DNA of 64,000 nucleotides from assembly GCA_964291285.2 (NCBI GenBank), contig OZ219788.1, forward strand, positions 256,001-320,000, in the 5' to 3' direction. This document shows, piece by piece, positions 54,201 through 64,000 of this stretch. The notes below the pieces were generated by a model. The model did no database searches. It had not been told where the DNA came from and saw only the letters and a program-made list of their open reading frames with translations. Within the stretch, counting starts at the first letter, position 1. Each line of letters begins with the position of its first letter. Source of the stretch: Alphaproteobacteria bacterium. GTDB taxonomy: Bacteria > Pseudomonadota > Alphaproteobacteria > Bin95. Made by a program: the position numbers and the translations under genes.

Positions 54201-56405
54201 GGCGTCGCCCTTCTCCACCCGCAGCGGCGCCACGCGCGAGTGGAACAGCACGATGTCGCCCGGCTCGTGGTTGCGCAGGTCCGCGCGCTGCGCCGCCGTC
54301 AGGTGGCGGTTCGCATAGCGTTCGAGTTCCAGCTCGCGCCCGTGCAGCACGCCCTCGCGCGCAAGCCCGTCCCGCACGACCCGGTGGATCTCCGCCCGGA
54401 TGAAATGCGTCGGCGCCAGGATCGCCGTCCGCGCCCGGTCCTCCGGGTCGAGCGCCAGCCAGAGCCGGGCCGCCTCCGCGCCCAACTCCTGCTGCGGCGC
54501 CTCGTGGACATGTTCGAGCTCCCGAAGCGCCTCGCGGGGACGGCCCTCCTTCAGATGCTCGACCGCAGCCTTCAAGGCCGGGTCGCGCTGGCGCAGGACC
54601 TCCTCCATCTCCGCCGTCGCCACGCCCGCCTCCTGCAGCGCCCGGAACGGCTCGCCCGCCCGCACGGCCCGCAGCTGCCGCCGGTCGCCCACCAGCACCA
54701 GCCGCGCGACGCGGAACCGCGCCGCGATCCGCATCAGCAACTCCATCTCCGCGGTCGAGACCATCGAGGCCTCGTCCACCACCAGCACCGCGCCCTCGTG
54801 GTCCTGCCGGTCCCGGGCCACGCGCGCGGCATTGCCCAGATCGCCGTGGCGGGTGAGGAACCATTGCAGCGGCCGGGACCGGACGCCGGTCTCCTCCCGC
54901 AGAACCCGCGCGGCGGCTGCCGAGGGCGCCAGCAGGACCGCCCTGCGTCCGCCCAGCAGCCCCAGCGCCTCCTTCAGCATCGTCGTCTTGCCGGTGCCGG
55001 CCGCGCCCTGCACCGCCACGATGCCGTCTTGCGACAGCAGGATGGTGCGCACCGCCTCCTGCTGCCCTTCGGTCAGCGCCGTTTCGGCCAATCGGCACGA
55101 GACGGCCGTCTCCTCCGCCAGCGGTTGCGAGGCGCCCAGCGCCCGGCGCTTCATGGCCATGATCCCGCGCTCCAGGCCGAGCGCCTCCGAGGTCACGAAC
55201 GAGCGCCCGCCCCGGAGCTGCGCTTCCACGAGGTGGCCGTCCCCGATCAGCCCCGCCAACGCCGCGTCGATGTCTCCCAGCCCGTGCCGGCCCGGCGCAT
55301 GGCCGAGCGCGATCGCCCTGATCTCGCGCTCCCGGATCACCGGGGCCCGCTCCGCCAGATGCTCCACCGCGCGCCAGGTCACCTCCCGCGCGCTCAGCCC
55401 CGGCGGCTCGGGCTGCAGCTCCTCCGCTGTCCGCACATAGGGCCGGCCCGCCTTGCGCGCCGTCTTCCGCGACGCGGTCGTCGTCCGCCGGAGCCCGGGC
55501 CTGGCGATGCTGCGGTCGCGGGAGAGCCCGAGCTCCTCGGCGCGCGTCTTCCACTCCGCCCGCAGCTCGTCGACGTCCCTGTCCGCCTTCTTCTTCCGGG
55601 TGATCAGCGCCGCCTGCTGCGTCAGCGCCGCGCTCCAGGGCAGGCCGTGCTTGTCCAGCCACGCCAGAATCTCCCGGCGCCGCGACGAGAACGCGTCCAC
55701 GAACTCCCGCCCGTAGCCCGCGATCTCGAACCCCGGCACGCCGCCGATCATCGTCGCCTCGATCGCGAACCCGAGCGCCAGCAGCCGCCGCGCCAGTTCC
55801 TGGCGGTAGACCGCCCCGATCAGCCGCACGTTGCGCCGGATTTCCGTCGGCTCGACGCTCCGCCACGCGCCCGACCGGTCGCGCGTCATGTTGGCGATGA
55901 TGCAGTGCGTGTGAAGCTGCGGGTCCTGGTCCCGGCTCGTCAGGTGACGGAACCCGGCCGCCACCAGTCCGTTCGCCGCCACGCGCGGACGCTGCCGGGT
56001 CACGGGATCGTACGACCGCGTCTGCAGCAGCTCCCTCTCCAGCCAGTCCAGGGTCGCCTTCACGGCCGCGTCGTGCGCGCCCAGCACCCGCCGGTCCCCA
56101 TGGAGCAGCGCCTCCAGCGAGACCGTCTTCGGCGCCGACAGCGTCAGGTCGAAGCCCGGCCGGTGCTGGTGCTCCCCGTCCCGCACCCGCCCGAGCCGGA
56201 TGTCCGTGCCGGGCACATGGCCCGACAGGATGCGCCCGAACGCCCGCGGCGAGACATGCCTGGCCATGCCGAGCGCCGCCGCTCCGGCCCCGTGCCAGAA
56301 GCTCGCCCGGCGCTGGCGCGGGTCGTTCTTCGCGTAGTAACCCTCCCTGGAGAAATACCCGACCGTCATCGTGGTCGAGGTGAGGTCCGTCAGGCCCGCA
56401 ACCAT
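51225..56405 (-). CDS. MobF (TrwC/TraI-type) relaxase-helicase with long C-terminal extension
   Basis: GYY, HRPGFDLTLSAPKTVSL, H.TSRDQDPQLHTH, FSSRR; GAAGTGKT, VVDEASM, LVGD..QL, AQGMT, SRAR. Confidence 0.95.
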   Translation of the reverse strand: MVAGLTDLTSTTMTVGYFSREGYYAKNDPRQRRASFWHGAGAAALGMARHVSPRAFGRILSGHVPGTDIRLGRVRDGEHQHRPGFDLTLSAPKTVSLEALLHGDRRVLGAHDAAVKATLDWLERELLQTRSYDPVTRQRPRVAANGLVAAGFRHLTSRDQDPQLHTHCIIANMTRDRSGAWRSVEPTEIRRNVRLIGAVYRQELARRLLALGFAIEATMIGGVPGFEIAGYGREFVDAFSSRRREILAWLDKHGLPWSAALTQQAALITRKKKADRDVDELRAEWKTRAEELGLSRDRSIARPGLRRTTTASRKTARKAGRPYVRTAEELQPEPPGLSAREVTWRAVEHLAERAPVIREREIRAIALGHAPGRHGLGDIDAALAGLIGDGHLVEAQLRGGRSFVTSEALGLERGIMAMKRRALGASQPLAEETAVSCRLAETALTEGQQEAVRTILLSQDGIVAVQGAAGTGKTTMLKEALGLLGGRRAVLLAPSAAAARVLREETGVRSRPLQWFLTRHGDLGNAARVARDRQDHEGAVLVVDEASMVSTAEMELLMRIAARFRVARLVLVGDRRQLRAVRAGEPFRALQEAGVATAEMEEVLRQRDPALKAAVEHLKEGRPREALRELEHVHEAPQQELGAEAARLWLALDPEDRARTAILAPTHFIRAEIHRVVRDGLAREGVLHGRELELERYANRHLTAAQRADLRNHEPGDIVLFHSRVAPLRVEKGDACRVMRAEGEFVFLEHPTGRTVRIRPGDSWVRYRFGLYETARIRIRAGDRIRWTMNDERRGLVNGGGAVVREIGSRRVRFDLGDGRTLSLARTDPQLRHIDHAWSTTLHAAQGMTSDGAIGVLDTGHGALAGQAGLHVEASRARDRFVLVTNDRERLEEVLEANDGSRMTALEAVGENGDPPPAAALAMLRGLEADWRELVARAETQGSDLVRTEGYARIVTGTAMLAEDMALPADLRAFVEEVHSRDAQAIAERRQGFAFLRRAERHGRDWPLLKRAAAKRGRPMDDLPEHAAWLAEGRTLADAGQELREGSGQGIAARIGAALRRLVRGRELDEAERFREAAARHEAGARAAGVAPRETAGAEALAKWAGRLRGREVPQAVRPAVEAWGAADAERRAASGTPPTPEDRRAGLGIETFLLDCDGLLFDAGPGGAAEPDPWDERAARLRQQGLGMLGEGPGAKLGDPLRIRLARVGAERARVREAVDRLAEAALRRRSARFAALVRTVGRQRRESGSDPVDLPSWAGLRDRAEELRGEASLEPEVRRAVDRVFDLDARAKAETEPVMSFLKAGEEHERRREGLEERAREAGMAPFALGDMAAWREGSGEIRAAGRRLLGEAEAGAAEARAASRLKVMPRLRDRVREVLAGLEAVRLRDAGDAFMSLADRVERLAVRDDTLALHAEGYARVTMYAKELEALPEPARRRAGEWLARDRRWNEDLASVAGLAGGFGQSADPAAQREAAGRPAVAEAIRRERERLARVPEPAHWLRWTGEEPLVPGDRVRVGDDMMEIIVVSAGAAGGMHEDDLLQVRMLDVAGPDEPPGLGAVIPRTAESLVSIGCARAAWSDERLRELELARHRSVPSWLCRLACGEPVPGDRIAWTEDAGEGRVLTVEAKVTARMDDIRFGSPGLRLETVEASGPDAPEPGSDIERTVAAVTARGCFRAEWSDEARRARILNPPKPVQTPRQVQETTQEQRVDRSEGGGLSMG

Positions 56406-56458
56406 GCGCCTCGATCAGCCTTGCCCGGCCGCAATCGCACCGCTCGCAGCCACGGCAC

Positions 56459-57568
56459 TCATTTCCACTGGACCTCGAGGGTGCATATGACGGGCTCGCC
56501 GGACCTCAGGGATTCCTTCAGGCACTGCTTTACCTGCTCGCCCTGCTGCTCCCAGACGATCCGTTTCCAGTTGCCCGTGTCGTCGTAGGGCGCGAAGACG
56601 CCCACCTTGCTCTGGCCGACCGCTCCCACCACGGTCAGGACCGGCACCATCACGACCAGCACCGCCGCCAGCACCGGCACGGTCCAGCGCCGCGTGTTCC
56701 GCCACTCCTTCCGGAAATCCTCCAGCGCTCCCTGCCAGACCGAGCCGAACCTCTTGAGGAATGCGTCTCCGCTCTCGGTCAGCCCTTGCACATTGCCGGA
56801 GGTCCGCGCCACTGCCAGCTCCTGCGCCGCCGCGTTCTCATCCAGACTCTTCTCGATCCGCGCCGTCCAGGGGCCGATCGCCTGCTCCACCCGCGAAACG
56901 AGGTTCTCGCCCTCGGCGAGGCGGTCGGTCAGCACGGCCATCTCCTGCCGGCAGGCCAGCGCGGCGGTGCTCCACTCATCGTAGTATCCGACGATATCCT
57001 GCTTCACCGCCTGGAGCTCGGCCGAACGCGCGTCCAGCTTCTGCCGCGCCTCGTCCAGCTGCCGCAGGCGCGCGCCGAGCGTCCCGGCATTGCCGGAAAG
57101 GGTCTCGATCTGACGGTCGAACCCCTCCTCCCGGGCCTTCAGCGCCGCCACCTCGCCAGCGAGGCCCCGCTCCGCCTTCCCGAGGTCCCGGATCGACGTG
57201 CCCGCCGTCACCAGAAGGCTGTCCATCGCCGCGCGGATGTCGTTCGCCCACTCCGTCGCCGCCGCGATCGAACGCGCCGCCTCCCCGAGGTCCGCCCCGT
57301 CTTCGCCCGCCGTGGCGCCCGGCTTCGCGGTCAGCTCCTCCAGCAGGGCAAGGATGCGCCGCTGGCCGGCGGCGAGTTCCGCCAGCACCGCGGCAGGAGC
57401 GGGGGCGGTCTCCGCGCCGGGTCCGGCGGCTGGCTCGGCACTCCTGTCCGGCGTCGGCTCGCCCGCCCCATCCGCCCTGCCGGCGCGCCAGCCGATCAGC
57501 AGGTTCATGTCCTCGCCGGCACCGTTCGGCGGCGGTGCGCCGTTGCCTCCCTTCTTCTTCGAGGTCAT
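56459..57568 (-). CDS. Coiled-coil protein with C-terminal membrane anchor, upstream of the relaxase
   Basis: GGGGAG RBS, long heptad region, TM VPVLAAVLVVMVPVLTVVGAV. Confidence 0.65.
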   Translation of the reverse strand: MTSKKKGGNGAPPPNGAGEDMNLLIGWRAGRADGAGEPTPDRSAEPAAGPGAETAPAPAAVLAELAAGQRRILALLEELTAKPGATAGEDGADLGEAARSIAAATEWANDIRAAMDSLLVTAGTSIRDLGKAERGLAGEVAALKAREEGFDRQIETLSGNAGTLGARLRQLDEARQKLDARSAELQAVKQDIVGYYDEWSTAALACRQEMAVLTDRLAEGENLVSRVEQAIGPWTARIEKSLDENAAAQELAVARTSGNVQGLTESGDAFLKRFGSVWQGALEDFRKEWRNTRRWTVPVLAAVLVVMVPVLTVVGAVGQSKVGVFAPYDDTGNWKRIVWEQQGEQVKQCLKESLRSGEPVICTLEVQWK

Positions 57569-57659
57569 CTTCGCCGCTCCCCCTCGCCGATGCGTCCGTA
57601 AACGGACAGCATGGACGAGGATGAAGGGAAATTCACCTCCCGCAACAAGCTGCGGCGGA

Positions 57660-57740
57660 CACAAGAGCCGGGTCGATGCCGACACGCCGCTCCAGCTCCT
57701 GAAATACATGGTCAACACCTGGCGCCGCGAGATCGAGTGC
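57660..57740 (+). pseudogene. Short remnant resembling an Rpn/YhgA-family nuclease
   Basis: HKSRVDADTPLQLLKYMVNTWRRE matches the EHKS..D...LQLL.YM...W pattern. Confidence 0.45.
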
Positions 57741-57784
57741 CATCATCGCCATACGAGATTCACGCCCCGTGGGCGTCTGTTAGA

Positions 57785-59691
57785 CCCAACTTGAACAGTC
57801 GGTGTCGATTTTTGCCGGGCGCGGTTTCGCCAAGTTGTTGAAATGATTGGATAGTGAGGTGATGATTGGCGCGGGTTGAGAAAAATGTAGTGAAACATTT
57901 TTGCTGATTTGGCCTTGTTTTCTTGATTGGTCGATATCGAAGACATACAACGCGGTCATGTTCGTGCGCGAAACGACCGCCCGGGGCCACCGCTATCTCT
58001 ACCTCGTGGAGAGCGTGCGCGAGGGCAAGCGGGTGCGCCAGCGCACGATCCGCGCGCTCGGCCGCAAGGACGTGTTGCAGGCGAGCGGGGAGCTGGACCG
58101 TCTGATCGCGTCCCTGGCGCGCCATTCGGAGCGGTCCGTGGTGCTGGAGGACATGGAGGCGGGCGCGCTGGCCTGCGTGCGGGTCGGCGGTCCGCTGCTG
58201 TTCGGTCGGCTGTGGGATCGGCTGGGCGTGGGCGCTGTCGTGAAGGAGCTTCTGGACGGTCGCGGCTTCGGGTTCGCCGTCGAGCGGGCGGTGTTTGTGA
58301 GCGTTCTGCACCGTCTGTTCGTGTCGGGTTCGGACCGGTCCTGCGAGAAGTGGATGGCCGACTACGCGATCGAGGGGATCGAGGGGTTGCGGCTTCATCA
58401 GCTGTATCGGGCGATGGCCTGGCTCGGGGAGGAGCTGGAGGCGCCGGCGGAAGGCGCGCTTGCGCCGCGCTGCGTGAAGGACGGGATCGAGGAGCGTCTG
58501 TTCGAGCACAGGCGGGACCTGTTCACCGACCTGTCTGTGGTGTTCATGGACACCACGACGCTGTCGTTCCACGGCGCGGGCGGCGAGACGCTGGGCGCGC
58601 ACGGCTACTCGAAGGACCATCGCCCGGACTTGCGCCAGATGGTTCTGGCGGTGGTGCTGGACGGCGAGGGCCGGCCTGTGTGCACGGAGATGCTGCCGGG
58701 CAACACGGCCGACACCAGGGTGCTGCTGCCGATCGTGGACCGTCTTCGGTCACGCTTCGGGATCGGTCGTGTGTGCGTGGTGGCGGACCGGGGGATGATC
58801 TCGGCGGCGACGATAGCGGCGCTGGAAGAGCGGGGGCTGGACTACATCCTGGGCGCGCGCGAGCGGCGCACGAAGGTGGTCCGCGAGGTGGTGCTGAAGG
58901 ACACGAAGCCCTTTGTGCCGCTGCTCCTCAAGCGTCCGCGCGGCGAGACGCAGCTGTTCGTGAAGGAAGTCACGGTGGGCGGCGCGCGCTACATCGTGTG
59001 CCGCAACGAGGCGGAGGCACAGAAGGACCGCGCCGACCGGCAGGCCGTGGTGGACGGCCTCCAGCGCCGCCTTGCGGACGGCGAGAAAGCGCTGATCGGC
59101 AACAGCGCCTACCGGCGTTATCTGCGCCGCACGGGCGCGGGCAAGGCGTTCGAGATCGACGCCGGCAAGCTCGCCGAGGAGGCCCGCTTCGACGGCATCT
59201 TCGTGCTGCGCACCAACGCCGGCATGACGCCGCTCAATGCCGTGCTCCGCTACCGGGAGCTGCTCACGGTGGAAGACCTGTTCCGCCGGGCGAAGGCCCA
59301 GTTGCGCACCCGCCCGATCTACCACTCCTGCGACGCCGCGATCCGCGGCCACGTCTTCTGCTCCTTCCTCGCGCTCGTCCTCCAGAAGGAACTGGCCGAC
59401 CGCTGCGCCGCCGCCAACGTCAACGTCGAATGGGACGACCTGATCCGCGATCTCGACCGCCTGCAAGAGGCCACCATCGAGAAGGACGGCAAGCGCATCA
59501 CCACCCGCACCCATGTCGAGGGCCAGGTCGGAAAGGTCTTCCAGGCCGTCGGCATCGCGCTGCCGCCGAACTGGCGCGAACACAAAGCCTGACCGTCCCC
59601 AAAATCAACGAAATGTAGTGGGTACACCCGGCGATGCCGGTGTAACTCCCTGTTCTATCGAATACTTTTAATCGTCACTGTTGAAGTTGGG
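57785..59691 (+). mobile_element. IS1634-family element A, copy 3 (1907 bp; transposase 57958..59592 intact)
   Basis: CCCAACTT ends; TTAGA duplication. Confidence 0.95.
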
Positions 59692-60172
59692 TTAGACGGA
59701 TATTCCGGGGCTTGACGCGGATGAGTCGGATGTCGTCGCCGACAAGCGCGCCCTGGATCGGCTGTCGAAGTCGGCGCGCGTCTATGGCGTCAACGAAGCG
59801 ATGGGGCCGGACCACGATATTCTGGAAGGCTTTTGAGAAAGGGAGGCACGCTCGTCGCTTCCGGTCAGCAGAGATCCTTTTCTGCGGCACGCCTGAATTG
59901 GACCGGTGGCGAAGTTCACCACGGGGCTGTGCACGCGGGATATCGACATTTCGGACCGGCACCCCTACGCTACCAAAGTGAAGGCGCGGGATTCTCGGGT
60001 GTATTAACCAAGATGCTGACGTCGCACATAGCGCTGTAGGAAGACAATCCTAGCGGATACCGGCTTTATAGATCTCGACATACTGCTCACACGAATTCGG
60101 CATACGCAGTCGAAGGTTTATTTCCTAGACGCTGTCAAAGCCTACAAGGCAGGTGCGCTTCGTGCCTCACTA

Positions 60173-61047
60173 GGCCCTGTGGACGTATTGACTCAGGAGC
60201 GTGTTCAGGGATTCCCGTGCGAGGATTTGTCTGAATCATGAGGCGTCGGCGATTCGGGGGTTTCTTTGATGTCGACGAAGATGACGAATGGAGACTGGGA
60301 GGTTGCGCTGGAGGTTTTCCGGCTTTGCCTTCCGAGGCGGGGTGCGAAGGCGAAGGACGACCGTCTGTTTCTGGAGGCGCTGCACTTCTTTGCGGTTCAC
60401 AACATCACCTGGCGGGCGCTGCCGGAGCGGTTCGGGCACTGGAATACGGTATGGCGGCGTTTTCACCGTCTGAGCCGTTCAGGGGTGTTCGAGGACTTTT
60501 TCGCCACGCTGGCGGATTTGAGCAGCACGGCGCACCTGGTTCAGATGTTCGATTCGACCGTGACCCGCGCGCATGTATCGGCGGCCGGCGCAAAAGGGGG
60601 CAGCAGGGTCAGGCGCTTGGACGCTCGCGGGGCGGTTTCAGCACCAAGATCCACCTGAAGACCGATTTCGACGGCCTGCCGATCGCCTTCGACCTGACCG
60701 GCGGCGAGGCTGCCGACAGTCCGCATTTCGAGACCCTGATGGACATCGGCCCCGATGTCCGGCCCCGCGCCATCGTCGCCGACAAGGGCTATGACAGCGC
60801 CGGAAACCGCCAACTCGCCCGGAAAAGAGGCGCCCTGACCGTCATTCCCTACCGGAAGAACATCAAAAACAGGCCAAAGCGCTTCGCAAGCGCGCTCTAC
60901 AGAGGACGGGCGCGCATCGAACAGGCCGTCGGCAAGCTCAAACGCTTCAAACGCATCGCCCTGCGCTGCGAAAAGACCGCCACAAACTTCAGCTCTTTCG
61001 TCGCACTCGCCGCTGCCTTCATCTTGATCAAATCCGTCCACAGGGCC
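60173..61047 (+). mobile_element. IS5-family (IS427-like) element with frameshifted orfA/orfB
   Basis: IR GGCCCTGTGGACG, TA duplication, AAAAGGGGG slip site; WRALPERFGHW, DST, GRSRGGFSTKIH, ADKGYD, KRFKRIALR. Confidence 0.93.
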
Positions 61048-61101
61048 TAAAAGCTAATCTTCAAAAGCGATTCCCCTGGAGCGCAAGCTTCTCGGACTTG
61101 C

Positions 61102-61126
61102 TTGACGGTGGGGGGGGGGGTAGACT
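61102..61126 (+). promoter_or_regulatory. Sigma70-like promoter with a G11 tract in the spacer
   Basis: TTGACG (61102) - 13 nt - TAGACT (61121), 34 nt upstream of the RTX ATG. Confidence 0.6.
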
Positions 61127-61159
61127 TTGCGTCCGTAACAGGATCGGGAGGATTTTATC

Positions 61160-63595
61160 ATGGTTATCATGGCTATCGAGCGGACCGGCGGCGCTGGCGA
61201 CGACACCCTGACGGGGGGCGTCGGCAATGACATCCTGAAGGGCGGCCTCGGCGACGACATCCTGACGGGCGGCGACGGCGACGACACGCTGACGGGCGGA
61301 ACCGCAAGCCCGGGAGCCGACGCGGACTTTCTCCTCATGAACCCCGGCAGCTCGGACGATGACACGCTGGACGGCGGCGCGGGGAACGACACGCTGGACG
61401 GCGGCGCGGGCAACGACGCGCTGGACGGCGGCACGGGCAACGACACGCTGTATGGCGGCGACGGGGACGACACGGTCGATGGCGGCGCGGGCAACGACCG
61501 TCTGGAAGGCGGCCGGGGCGCCGACAGGCTGACCGGCGGCCGGGGCGCGGACTCGCTCTATGGCGGCAGTGGCCATGGCGTCGACGTCTTTGCGTTCTCG
61601 GTTGGCGACGGGGCCGATTACATCGGCGATTTCGAGGCTGGCGACATCATCGAGATTGCCGGGGTGTCCGGCGGTTTCGGGGGTCTTGTGATCGAGCAGA
61701 AGGGCTTCAATACCGTCATCAGCTACGGCGACGGCGACACGATCAAGCTGGAGGGCGTGACGGCGGCCTCCCTTGGCGCGGACGACTTCCGGTTCCTTCC
61801 CGTCGAGGCAGCCCCGCCGGAGGGCGGCGGCGAGGACGCTCCTGCACAGGGTGCGCCGCCGGACGGCAACGATGACGGCGACGATGATGCCTCGAGCGGC
61901 GGGCCTTCTGGCGGGGAGGTGCTGAAGGGTAGCAAGGACGCGGACACGCTCACCGGCGGGGCCGGCGACGACACCCTGCGTGGCTACGGGGGCGCCGACA
62001 CGCTGACCGGCGGGGCCGGCGACGACCTCCTCTATGGCGGCCTGGGCGCCGACACGCTGACCGGCGGGGCTGGCGACGATACGCTGGGGGGCGGCAAGGG
62101 CAACGACACTCTGGACGGCGGCGCGGGCGACGACACGCTGCGCGGCGCCAGGGGTGCCGACACGCTGCGCGGCGGCGCGGGCGATGACACGCTGGGGGGC
62201 GGCAAGGGCGCCGACACCTTCGTGTTCGAGGCGGGAGACGGCCACGACACGATCACCGACTTCGGAGCCGGCGACCGGATTCGCCTTGACGGCGAGTCCG
62301 GCGGATTCGTGGCGCTGGTCATCGAGCAGGACGGCGCCGATACCGTCATTCGCTACGGCGGCGGCGGCGACACGATCAGGCTGTCGGGCGTGTCGGCGGA
62401 CAGCTTGGATGCGAACGACTTCATCCTGCCTGCTGGCGGTGGCGGCGACGATCACGACGGCGGCAATCCCCTCGATAGCGACAACGACGGTGGCAACCCG
62501 CTTGACGACGACGATGACAACGACCCGAATGCCAACAACGGCGGCGACGAGGACACGATCCCGGGCACCTCGGGCGATGGGACGCTTGATGTCGAGAACA
62601 CCGGGGACGGAGGCGGCGACTCGGACGTCGGGAGAGACGACGACGACAGCTGCAATAAACCGGGCGAGCTTCCTCGCATCGTCGGTCAGGGCCAGACCGG
62701 ATACAGCATAATCCACGGCACCGAGGACTCGGAGTTCATCTACGGCGGTGCCGGATGGGTCTGGAACACGCTCTACGGCCACGGCGGTCATGACACAATG
62801 GCAGGCGGCTACGGCAGCGATGTGCTGGTCGGCGGCAAGGGCAACGACTGGCTTCGCGGCGACTGGGGGGGATGGGTCTACGGTGACACCTACATTTTCA
62901 ATCCGGGCGACGGCTTCGACTACCTGTTCGAGCTGAGAAAGGAGGATACGATCGAGTTTCACTTCGGCGATCAAGACATGGGTCCCTTCCAGTTCGTCGA
63001 TCACCAGGCGCGCTACTCCATGGATGCGGTCATCGTCTACGGCGATGGTGGCACGTCGGACGGCACCATCCTCTCGCACACCGGCTTCGCCTGCGCGCTG
63101 CAGGTAGACGGCGGCGCGGGCGGCGGAACTGTCCGGATCGGCGACATGTCGCTGGCCGAGTTCAAGGCCTCCGGGATCGGCTTCACCGTCCGGGGCGGTA
63201 ACGGCGACAATACGCTCCACGGCGCCTTCGGCCGGGACATCCTCCAGGGCCTCGGGGGCGACGACACGCTCCACGGCTACGATCGGGACGACCGGCTTTC
63301 GGGGGGGACGGGCGATGACACGCTGATTGGAGGCAAGGGCAACGACCTGCTCCACGGCGGCGCCGGTGCCGACCGATTCGTCTTCGACAGCGAGTCCGAT
63401 ACCGACCGCATCCTGGATTTCGAGGACGGCACCGACATCTTGGTCATCCGTGGGAACCTCCAATTCTCCGATCTGGACATCAAGCAGAGTGGACACAACG
63501 CCGTGATCGGCGATCCTGACAACACATTCTCGATCGTGGTCGAGAACATTCAGGCGTCGCAGCTGACCGAAGCCGATTTCGACTTCGTCGGCTGA
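61160..63595 (+). CDS. RTX / hemolysin-type calcium-binding repeat protein (probable type I secretion substrate)
   Basis: Many GGxGxDxLx nonapeptides; GGGAGGA RBS; C-terminal QLTEADFDFVG; no Sec signal. Confidence 0.92.
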   Translation: MVIMAIERTGGAGDDTLTGGVGNDILKGGLGDDILTGGDGDDTLTGGTASPGADADFLLMNPGSSDDDTLDGGAGNDTLDGGAGNDALDGGTGNDTLYGGDGDDTVDGGAGNDRLEGGRGADRLTGGRGADSLYGGSGHGVDVFAFSVGDGADYIGDFEAGDIIEIAGVSGGFGGLVIEQKGFNTVISYGDGDTIKLEGVTAASLGADDFRFLPVEAAPPEGGGEDAPAQGAPPDGNDDGDDDASSGGPSGGEVLKGSKDADTLTGGAGDDTLRGYGGADTLTGGAGDDLLYGGLGADTLTGGAGDDTLGGGKGNDTLDGGAGDDTLRGARGADTLRGGAGDDTLGGGKGADTFVFEAGDGHDTITDFGAGDRIRLDGESGGFVALVIEQDGADTVIRYGGGGDTIRLSGVSADSLDANDFILPAGGGGDDHDGGNPLDSDNDGGNPLDDDDDNDPNANNGGDEDTIPGTSGDGTLDVENTGDGGGDSDVGRDDDDSCNKPGELPRIVGQGQTGYSIIHGTEDSEFIYGGAGWVWNTLYGHGGHDTMAGGYGSDVLVGGKGNDWLRGDWGGWVYGDTYIFNPGDGFDYLFELRKEDTIEFHFGDQDMGPFQFVDHQARYSMDAVIVYGDGGTSDGTILSHTGFACALQVDGGAGGGTVRIGDMSLAEFKASGIGFTVRGGNGDNTLHGAFGRDILQGLGGDDTLHGYDRDDRLSGGTGDDTLIGGKGNDLLHGGAGADRFVFDSESDTDRILDFEDGTDILVIRGNLQFSDLDIKQSGHNAVIGDPDNTFSIVVENIQASQLTEADFDFVG

Positions 63596-64000
63596 CGCAC
63601 CTGACGCGCGCCGCCAGGGCCATGCGAGAAGCGCCGCGCCGAATGCTGGCCAGAGGGGCAGGAGCGTCGCGGCCCCGACGCGCGGGCGCCCGGCGGCAGT
63701 TGACTGTGGCATGGATGCAACAGGTCCGGGCAATCGGCGTTCGGGCGCCCTGTCCGTTCCCTCCCGGCACATGCGGCCCGGGCGCGCCGTCTCGCCTACG
63801 GCCTCATGCGCTTTCCCCGGCCCGTTTTCCGCCGCCGCGCCCGTTCGACAAGGCCTGTCCAACCCCGCCCGGCGGACCGGTTCAACGGGCCCCACAATAT
63901 CCCCGCCGAGGCAAGGGGGACCTGATACCACCGGTCGTTGATTGGAACCGATAGCAGAGCCTCCCTCCGTAGCCTGCCCCCTGAGCCGAGGCCTCGTACT

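Noticed and set aside
51621-56588. 1655-aa plus-strand ORF
   Set aside because: Antisense shadow of the relaxase.
60038-60056. GGATTGTCT (minus strand) as an R388-like nic site
   Set aside because: Only a short match, with no adjacent inverted repeat recognised.
61061-63931. 956-aa minus-strand ORF
   Set aside because: Antisense shadow of the RTX gene.

Overview
This is a GC-rich window, probably from an alphaproteobacterium; the Sel1 and RTX proteins and heavy IS load hint at a host-associated lifestyle (inference). It is dominated by a decaying F-type conjugative element. The element has a leading-region-like block (RelE toxin, five-zinc-ribbon protein, ssb, SLOG/DUF2493), an HTH-traALEKBVC operon cut off by a group II intron, a MobF (TrwC-type) relaxase-helicase, and four paralogous ribbon-helix-helix gene cassettes. 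Beyond the intron lie chromosomal-type genes: a glycosyltransferase/phosphatase/deacetylase operon, an NsrR-like regulator, an IS-disrupted LbtU-like porin and an RTX protein. At least 15 IS elements or remnants are present (ISAs1 x2, IS21, IS110, IS630 x2, IS1634 x4, IS5, IS701, IS1595, DUF772-type), many nested. The most striking observation is a perfect tandem pair of 206-bp ORF-less units at 47890-48305. Each carries its own sigma70-like promoter and ends in the same 12-mer as the IS110 remnant in this window, so they are candidate transposase-free bridge-RNA mini-elements. Also notable are a poly-G tract between the -35 and -10 boxes of the RTX gene and an RlmJ-like methyltransferase fused to an ATL-like domain. 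All family calls come from motif recognition by eye; no database search was run.
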